A stretch of DNA of 64,000 nucleotides from assembly GCA_038142325.1 (NCBI GenBank), contig JAYQJW010000002.1, forward strand, positions 96,001 to 160,000, in the 5' to 3' direction. Numbering within the stretch: the stretch's first letter is position 1; each line of letters begins with the position of its first letter. Below are positions 57,803-64,000 of the stretch, piece by piece. The notes beneath the pieces were generated by a model. The model had not been told where the DNA came from. It saw nothing but the letters and a program-made list of their open reading frames with translations, and ran no database searches. The translations under genes and the position numbers were made by a program. This stretch comes from Gammaproteobacteria bacterium. Lineage in GTDB: Bacteria > Pseudomonadota > Gammaproteobacteria > GCA-002705445 > GCA-002716945.

Positions 57803-58189
57803 ATGCACAAGACTTACGGTACAGGCAGAAGAAAGACATCAAGTGCACGAGTCTATTTATACAGCGGAACTGGAGATATTAAAATCAATTCACAAAATGT
57901 CGACGAATTTACCAAGTCTGCAACACTTTCAGCATACCTACTTGCGCCTTTGACAAAAACGCAAATGCAGGACAAAGTAAACCTAAATGTATCTGTCGTG
58001 GGCGGGGGTAAAAGTGGTCAAGTTGGAGCCATAGTCCATGGATTAACGAGAGCATTAGTTAAGTATCAAAATGATCTTCTTCCTATACTTAAAAGAGAGG
58101 GTTTTGTCACCAGAGATGACCGAAAAGTTGAGCGTAAAAAGGTAGGTTTACGTAAAGCTAGAAAAGCTACTCAATTCTCTAAACGATAG
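57803..58189 (+). CDS. rpsI: 30S ribosomal protein S9
   Basis: GTGRRK, GGGKSGQ, TRDDRKVERKK, QFSKR. Confidence 0.97.
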   Translation: MHKTYGTGRRKTSSARVYLYSGTGDIKINSQNVDEFTKSATLSAYLLAPLTKTQMQDKVNLNVSVVGGGKSGQVGAIVHGLTRALVKYQNDLLPILKREGFVTRDDRKVERKKVGLRKARKATQFSKR

Positions 58190-58844
58190 GTTCAGAAATC
58201 TCAACCCCGCTCTCGTTCGCGCATAACAATAAATTTGCATGATCGAGCGCAAAAATACCATTTGTTACTACACCAGGGATGTTATTAATCTTTTTCTCAA
58301 GGTCAATTGGTTCCAGAATTTCTAAATTATGAACATCTATAATAAGATTACCATTATCTGTAACAAAATCACTTCTCAAAACGGGCCTTCCGCCAATTTT
58401 TATTAATTCCATGGAAACAGAACTTCTAGCAATAGGTATAACCTCAATAGGCAGTGGAAATTTTCCCAGAACATCTACCTTTTTTGATTCATCGACAATA
58501 CAAATGAATTTTTCAGAGTTATGCGCCAAGATTTTTTCTCTTGTCAATGCGCCTCCTCCACCTTTGATCATTTGAAGATATTTATTAACTTCATCAGCAC
58601 CATCTATATATTTTGTTAACTTTCCTACTTCACTTAATTGCGATACTTTAAAACCATTAGCTAATAGTAGCTGGGTTGATTTTTCTGAACTTGATACGAC
58701 ACATTCAATCTTATTTTTTACTTTTGCAAGTTTATCAATAAGTATGTTGACAGTAGAACCAGATCCTATGCCAAGAGACTCATTGTTATCGATATAATCT
58801 AAAGCTGCTTCTGCAACTTTTTCTTTTTTAGAATTCTGGCTCAT
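58179..58844 (-). CDS. rpiA: Ribose-5-phosphate isomerase A
   Basis: GIGSGST, DGADE, IKGGGGALTREK, TDNGN. Confidence 0.96.
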   Translation of the reverse strand: MSQNSKKEKVAEAALDYIDNNESLGIGSGSTVNILIDKLAKVKNKIECVVSSSEKSTQLLLANGFKVSQLSEVGKLTKYIDGADEVNKYLQMIKGGGGALTREKILAHNSEKFICIVDESKKVDVLGKFPLPIEVIPIARSSVSMELIKIGGRPVLRSDFVTDNGNLIIDVHNLEILEPIDLEKKINNIPGVVTNGIFALDHANLLLCANESGVEISEPIV

Positions 58845-58883
58845 TTATGAAAATAATTGTTTTTAGTATACACTATATCGTGT

Positions 58884-60410
58884 ATGTCAATAAAAGATAC
58901 ATATACTAAAACATGTTTTAATAAGATTTTAAAAGCTGACCGTGTATATGATGTAGCTACTATTACACCTCTCCAGTCTGCTCCTAAAATCTCATCAAAA
59001 TTTAATAATAAATTTGTTATCAAGAGAGAGGATTTACAACCTGTATTTTCCTTTAAACTAAGAGGCGCATACAACAAGATCTCTAATCTTAAAAATGTTA
59101 AATATATTGTAGCAGCATCAGCTGGTAATCATGCTCAAGGAGTTGCATTGAGTTGTAGGAAATTGAATATCCCATCATTGATTGTTATGCCACAGACTAC
59201 ACCTACTATTAAAATAGATGCTGTAAAAAAATATGGGTCAAAAGTTATTTTATTTGGCGACACGTATGACGAGGCATACAACTTTGCCGTGAAGTATTCT
59301 AAAGATAATAATTTTAGCTTTGTTCATCCATATGATGATTTAGATGTAATTGCTGGCCAAGGAACAATAGGGGTAGAGTTATTATCACAGTTAGAGAAGC
59401 ACCCTGATTATATTTTTATCCCTGTTGGTGGTGGTGGGCTACTAGCAGGTATAGCGGTATATATAAAAATGATTGATCCTAAAATTAAAATTATTGCTGT
59501 GGAAGCTGAAGATTCTGCATGCTTTAATCTAGCTTACAGGCATGGCAAACCAATATCATTAAAACATGTTGGTATATTTGCTGATGGTGTTGCAGTAAAA
59601 AAAATTGGTGATAAAACATTTAGACTTTCGAAAGATATCATTGACTCATGTATTACAGTTACAACGGATGAAATTTGCTCATCTATTAAGGATATTTATG
59701 ATGAAAAAAGAGTAATTGCAGAACCAGCTGGAGCATTATCATTGGCTGGTGCTAAAAAATATATTACATCGAATAAAATTGAGAATAAAAATATAGTGAT
59801 AATTTTATGTGGTGCAAATATGAATTTTGACAGGCTTAGACATGTTTCAGAAAGAGCTGATATTGGAGAAAGTACTGAACTTATTCTCGGTGTGACAATC
59901 GATGAAAGACCAGGAAGTTTTAAAAAATTCTGTTCTATAATAGGCAAAAGAGCAATAACAGAATTCAATTATCGTTATTCAGACAATAAAAATGCACAGG
60001 TGTTTGTAGGCATTAAAACAACCAAGGGAATTAGCGAGAAAAAGCAAATTATCTCTAAACTTAAGTCAAATAAATATAGATGCCATGATTTAAGTGATAA
60101 TGAAATGGCGAAGTCGCATGTTAGATATATGGTTGGAGGTACAAGTAACAATGCCACAAATGAGAGAATTTATCGATTTATGTTTCCTGAGAAGCCAGGT
60201 GAACTTTTGAAATTTCTTAATAATATAGGTTCCAAGTGGAACATAAGTCTTTTCCACTACAGGAATCATGGAGCTGATTTTGGAAGAGTTTTAATTGGAT
60301 TACAAGCTCAAGAAAGTGACGTGAATAGTCTAGAACGACATCTTCGATCATTAAATTATAAATTTTATGATGAATCAGATAATTCAGCATATAAACAATT
60401 CTTGAAATAA
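58884..60410 (+). CDS. ilvA: Biosynthetic threonine dehydratase
   Basis: KREDLQPVFSFKLRGA, SAGNHAQGV, GGGGL, FPEKPG, FHYRNHG; ATG at 58884. Confidence 0.96.
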   Translation: MSIKDTYTKTCFNKILKADRVYDVATITPLQSAPKISSKFNNKFVIKREDLQPVFSFKLRGAYNKISNLKNVKYIVAASAGNHAQGVALSCRKLNIPSLIVMPQTTPTIKIDAVKKYGSKVILFGDTYDEAYNFAVKYSKDNNFSFVHPYDDLDVIAGQGTIGVELLSQLEKHPDYIFIPVGGGGLLAGIAVYIKMIDPKIKIIAVEAEDSACFNLAYRHGKPISLKHVGIFADGVAVKKIGDKTFRLSKDIIDSCITVTTDEICSSIKDIYDEKRVIAEPAGALSLAGAKKYITSNKIENKNIVIILCGANMNFDRLRHVSERADIGESTELILGVTIDERPGSFKKFCSIIGKRAITEFNYRYSDNKNAQVFVGIKTTKGISEKKQIISKLKSNKYRCHDLSDNEMAKSHVRYMVGGTSNNATNERIYRFMFPEKPGELLKFLNNIGSKWNISLFHYRNHGADFGRVLIGLQAQESDVNSLERHLRSLNYKFYDESDNSAYKQFLK

Positions 60411-60439
60411 AAAAAAGGCCCTTAACAAAAGGGCCTTTT
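60411..60439. terminator. Bidirectional intrinsic terminator
   Basis: A-tract, AGGCCCTT-aacaa-AAGGGCCT, T-tract, between convergent ilvA and the histone-like gene. Confidence 0.85.
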
Positions 60440-60458
60440 AATACTATTTTACTAAGAA

Positions 60459-60801
60459 TTAACGTCTAGTTTTACGTCTAGCAGTCTTTTTCTTAGCTAC
60501 TTTACGCTTAGCAGTTTTTTTCTTAGCTACTTTACGCTTAGCAGTCTTTTTCTTAGCTACTTTACGCTTAGCAGTTTTTTTCTTAGCTACTTTACGCTTA
60601 GCAGTTTTTTTCTTAGCTACTTTACGCTTAGCAGTCTTTTTCTTAGCTACTTTACGCTTAGCAGTTTTTTTCTTAGCTACTTTACGCTTAGCAGTTTTTT
60701 TCTTAGCTACTTTACGCTTTTTTAGCAGTAACTTTTTTCTTAGCTACTTTACGTTTAGCAACTTTTGTTTTTCTTTTAGCTTTTGCTTTCTTTTTAACCA
60801 T
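60459..60801 (-). CDS. Histone H1-like Lys/Arg-rich protein, ~113 aa after correcting one extra base at ~60720 (not in ORF track)
   Basis: GGAGGA SD, then MVKKKAKAKRKTKVAKRKVAKKKVTAK-(KRKVAKKKTA)x8-RRKTRR*; repeat variation is only synonymous AAA/AAG. Confidence 0.85.
60481..60720. repeat. 30-bp tandem repeat x8, plus a degenerate ninth unit to ~60760
   Basis: Unit GCAGTYTTTTTCTTAGCTACTTTACGCTTA, head to tail with no spacers. Confidence 0.97.
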
Positions 60802-60832
60802 AAATCCTCCGCGGTATTGGTGGTTAATTTTT

Positions 60833-60860
60833 AGTTTAGTAAATTATTTTTCAAAAACAA
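60833..60860 (-). promoter_or_regulatory. Putative sigma-70 promoter of the histone-like gene
   Basis: Minus strand TTGTTT-N16-TAAACT with an A/T-rich upstream tract; SD at 60805-60810. Confidence 0.45.
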
Positions 60861-60894
60861 GTATTAATTAGTTATTTTTAAATTTATTTTTTAG

Positions 60895-61350
60895 TTACTT
60901 TGTTAGATTAATTATAAAATCCCATTCTTTTTTTTCTATCTTTGTAATTGATAGTCTATTTCCACGTTGAACCACACGCATGTTTGATAAATCTTTGTAT
61001 GATTTCAAATCCTTTAGTGTAACTATCTTTTTAAATTTCTTTTTAAATTTTACATCAACCATGAACCATCGCGGTGCGGACTTATTACTTTTTGGATCAT
61101 AGTATTTAGCCTTCTTATCAAATGCAGTATGGTCTACATAAGCTCCAGAACATATCGTCATTAGGCCATATATCCCAGGAATTTCACAGTTTGAGTGGTA
61201 AAAGAAAGCATGATCACCAATCCTCATATCATCCCTGATCATATTACGAACTTGATAATTTCTTATACCATCCCATGGTTCAATTTTGTCTCTAGCAAGA
61301 TCATCAATACTATAATCTTCTGGCTCGTTTTTCATAAGCCAGTAATTCAT
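60895..61350 (-). CDS. EVE domain protein
   Basis: YWLMKNEP, WDGIRNYQVRN, FFYHSN, YYDPKS, PRWFMVDV, RLSI. Confidence 0.92.
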   Translation of the reverse strand: MNYWLMKNEPEDYSIDDLARDKIEPWDGIRNYQVRNMIRDDMRIGDHAFFYHSNCEIPGIYGLMTICSGAYVDHTAFDKKAKYYDPKSNKSAPRWFMVDVKFKKKFKKIVTLKDLKSYKDLSNMRVVQRGNRLSITKIEKKEWDFIINLTK

Positions 61351-61634
61351 TTAAGTATATTAAGTAGTTTGTTATTAATCGCTTCAATACTTGATTCTAC
61401 TGAGCTTAATTCATCAAGCTTTATCTTATTTTTTATATCAGACCCTGCAATGTTTAACAGTAGTAGTACTAAAAAGTAATCATGACCAACATTTTTTGTT
61501 TGTTCTTTTACATTCTCAGCTTCTTCTATAATGCGGTCTCTCGATTTCAAAAGTATTTGCTTTTCTTCTTCTGAGCACATTACAGACACATCTTGTCCTA
61601 GTATATTTATGTCAACTTTAGTCTTTTCCATCAT
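61347..61634 (-). CDS. zapA: Cell division protein ZapA, divergent
   Basis: VDINILGQDVSVMCSEEEK...LLNIA; position opposite ygfB-pepP. Confidence 0.78.
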   Translation of the reverse strand: MMEKTKVDINILGQDVSVMCSEEEKQILLKSRDRIIEEAENVKEQTKNVGHDYFLVLLLLNIAGSDIKNKIKLDELSSVESSIEAINNKLLNILK

Positions 61635-61839
61635 CTTTCATATTATTGATTCTTTCTAATAATGCTTTAAGTTGAGACTTTGCGGTCTCATTTTTTTTAA
61701 TCAGATCTGACTTTTCACTAACAAGTTTAGTCTGTTGATGTTTCAAAAGTTCGTTTTCAAGTTTTGTAGAATCATTTTGTTTGTTTAGTAAATCTAAATT
61801 CTTTTCAAGGTTATTCAATTTTTCTAATAAAGTAGACAT
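61618..61839 (-). CDS. ZapB-like coiled coil (TIGR02449-like)
   Basis: LEKLNNLEKNLDLL...LENELLK...EKSDLIKKNETAKSQLKALLERINNM; upstream of zapA; ATG at 61839. Confidence 0.75.
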   Translation of the reverse strand: MSTLLEKLNNLEKNLDLLNKQNDSTKLENELLKHQQTKLVSEKSDLIKKNETAKSQLKALLERINNMKDDGKD

Positions 61840-61904
61840 ACTGTATAATATAATTACACAAACTCGATTAATCAATATATATTATTAATTTACATGACTA
61901 ACTT

Positions 61905-62406
61905 ATGAATGTTTCTATGAACAAGCAATTAACTAATTTAATTGAAGACTATGACAGTCCGTTCACATCATCTGAGGTTCATGGTTTCTTTACTGGTCTG
62001 ATACTTTTAAAAAAGGATAATGCATATGTCGATGAAAAAATATTAAGTTTTTTAGATATATCAATTAATTCACTACCTGCATGCCATATATTAATGGATC
62101 GACTAAAAGAAGATATAAAATTAAATAGATATAAGCTTCCCATAGAAGATATGAAAAATTTTTCAGAAAGCATCTTCGTCTATTGCTGAGTGGTCATACT
62201 ATTTCATGATTGCATTTCAAGAAACAAAAGATGCTGTTACAGATCCAAGAATAATGGAAATACTCGAAGTTTTTGATGAAATTAGTCAACTTAATCAAAA
62301 ATATGTAATTGATGTTGATGAAGAAGTTAACATAAACAGCTTATATGAAATACACAATTTTATTGATAAATCAGTTCAATATATATTTAATAAAAGCAAT
62401 GATTAA
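61905..62406 (+). CDS. UPF0149 / YgfB family protein (indel ~62170)
   Basis: SEVHGFFTG motif; two fragments; precedes pepP. Confidence 0.7.
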
Positions 62407-63706
62407 TTCTGAATACAAAAATAGAAGAACATCGGTTATATCTCAAATAAAAGACGACTCATTATTAATTCTATTTTCTGCTTCTGAAAAGTATAGAAAT
62501 AATGACGTTGCCTATAAATATCGACAATCCAGCAATTTTTATTATCTAACCGGCATAAATGATCCTTCCACAATATTAATGATAACTAAAAATGGATCTA
62601 ACATTAATACAACTCTTATTTGTAAGAGGCCAAATGATTTAGATAAGGTCTGGCATGGACAAGTTCCGTCGAAACACACATACAAAAAAAAATATGATAT
62701 TGAACATGTAATTTACTCCGACGAAGTAAATAAGTTATCTGTTAGAAATGTCAGCAATTTATATTATGAATTTTCTGACGAATATAGATTTACAGATCTA
62801 CTTCAAGAAATTAACTTTGATACTGAAGGTTCTAGATATTTTAAGCATAATAACTCTCAATCTTCAAAAAATGATTTGTACAGTCTTGTTTGTAATATGA
62901 GACGTGTTAAGTCTGATTTTGAAATTAATGAGATAAGAAAAGCTGCTGATGTGTCTATAGTAGCTCATACAAATTTGATGAAGAATTGTAAACCTGGGAT
63001 AAACGAAAATGATCTGGAAGCAGAGTTTGTGAAAATATGTAAGAGTAAAGGATGTGAGCAAGCGTATCCTGCTATTGTTGCGTCTGGTAAAAATGCATGT
63101 ATCTTACACTATACTCAAAATAACTCTAAACTTCGGTCTAATCAACTTATTCTAGTAGATGCTGCTGCAGAGTATAATAACTATGCTTCTGATATTACTC
63201 GCACAATACCTATTAGTGGTCGATATAATTATTATCAAAAAATAATTTATAATATTGTTTTAAAGTCACAAATGATGGCAATTAAAGCTTGTAAGCCTGG
63301 CAATACATTAATCGATATACATAATGTTGCTGTTAAATATATTACTAAAGGTCTAATAGATGCAAAAATTTTAAGAGGGGCGCTTGATAAGAACATAAAG
63401 AAAGGGCTGTACAAAAAATATTTTATGCATAATACAGGTCACTGGCTTGGTTTAGACGTCCATGATCCTAGTTCATACTCTCAAGATGAAAAACCAATAA
63501 CACTAGAACCGGGTATGATTTTCACTGTAGAACCAGGTATTTATATTGATAATGACAAAGCTATTGATAAAGGCTTTCACCACATTGGAGTCAGAATAGA
63601 GGATGATATTCTTATCACAAAAAAGGGTTGTGAAGTTTTAACTAAGGGTGTTCCAAAAACTATTGAAGCTATTGAAAACTTGATGTCATATGGCCAAAAA
63701 ATTTGA
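62399..63706 (+). CDS. pepP: Xaa-Pro aminopeptidase
   Basis: YRQSSNFYYLTG, CILHY, YASDITRT, HNTGHWLGLDVHD, TVEPG, GVRIEDD. Confidence 0.95.
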   Translation: MINSEYKNRRTSVISQIKDDSLLILFSASEKYRNNDVAYKYRQSSNFYYLTGINDPSTILMITKNGSNINTTLICKRPNDLDKVWHGQVPSKHTYKKKYDIEHVIYSDEVNKLSVRNVSNLYYEFSDEYRFTDLLQEINFDTEGSRYFKHNNSQSSKNDLYSLVCNMRRVKSDFEINEIRKAADVSIVAHTNLMKNCKPGINENDLEAEFVKICKSKGCEQAYPAIVASGKNACILHYTQNNSKLRSNQLILVDAAAEYNNYASDITRTIPISGRYNYYQKIIYNIVLKSQMMAIKACKPGNTLIDIHNVAVKYITKGLIDAKILRGALDKNIKKGLYKKYFMHNTGHWLGLDVHDPSSYSQDEKPITLEPGMIFTVEPGIYIDNDKAIDKGFHHIGVRIEDDILITKKGCEVLTKGVPKTIEAIENLMSYGQKI

Positions 63707-64000
63707 ATATTTAGTCATAGGCGGAGGTCTAGTTGGCTGCCTTGTCAGTCTGATATTGTCAAAAAAAAAATATAATGTGTGCTTATTTGAAAAAAATAAG
63801 CTCAAAAAAATTATATCTAATAGTTATGTACCTTTGTCACTATCAATAAATTCAGTTAATTTCCTCAAGGATAATAAGATCTGGGATAAGGAAATTTTCC
63901 AGTCGAATGAGATAAATAATCTTACCATCAAGCTCTTTAATAGTTTCAATGTCACAGAGCTTGTAGCTCAAGATATAAATGAGGACCATCTTGGCTGTGT
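63690..64000 (+). CDS. ubiH: UbiH/UbiF-family FAD monooxygenase, N-terminus (runs off window)
   Basis: MAKKFEYLVIGGGLVGCLVSLILSKKKYNVCLFEK; pepP-ubiH synteny. Confidence 0.75.
   Translation, partial: MAKKFEYLVIGGGLVGCLVSLILSKKKYNVCLFEKNKLKKIISNSYVPLSLSINSVNFLKDNKIWDKEIFQSNEINNLTIKLFNSFNVTELVAQDINEDHLGC

Noticed and set aside
60481-60720. 30-bp repeats as a CRISPR array
   Set aside because: Units are head to tail with no spacers, no cas genes are nearby, the length is a multiple of 3 and variation is synonymous, so it is a coding tandem repeat.
60715-60726. AAAAAAG as a programmed -1 frameshift in the histone-like gene
   Set aside because: The codon phase is AAA AAA G rather than A AAA AAG and a +1 shift is needed; a homopolymer error is simpler.

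Overview
Core-genome window of a strongly AT-rich, streamlined gammaproteobacterium, probably a marine or otherwise oligotrophic lineage (inference). It holds about 75 tightly packed, often overlapping housekeeping genes (hslVU, recG, ubi, ccm, bio, hem, topA/def/fmt, trk, his/tat, rpoD, tkt-gap-pgk-pyk-fba, trp, rplM/rpsI, ilvA, zapA, pepP) and one tRNA-Ile2(CAT). I found no mobile element, prophage, CRISPR array or transcription factor other than RpoD. About 20 genes carry single-base indels, mostly in homopolymers, which most likely are uncorrected long-read errors. Features the ORF track misses: the hslV tail, tatA, gpmA, the 3' part of msrA, the ubiH start, and a Lys/Arg-rich histone-H1-like gene built from a 30-bp tandem repeat. 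Best leads: (1) that putative nucleoid protein, next to a locus from which 6S RNA and ygfA are cleanly absent; (2) a Fae2-type formaldehyde-activating enzyme homologue heading a 9-gene cofactor operon; (3) a retained intergenic hairpin with an anti-Shine-Dalgarno CCUCCUCC loop behind a rpoD-msrA-tRNA-DUF3050 unit; (4) recurrent -10 boxes 5-9 nt before start codons, suggesting leaderless mRNAs including rplM; (5) a highly diverged SpeD-fold pyruvoyl enzyme coupled to a VOC gene; (6) an inverted ccmC. None of these is a proven new system; all gene calls rest on motif recognition and synteny without database searches.
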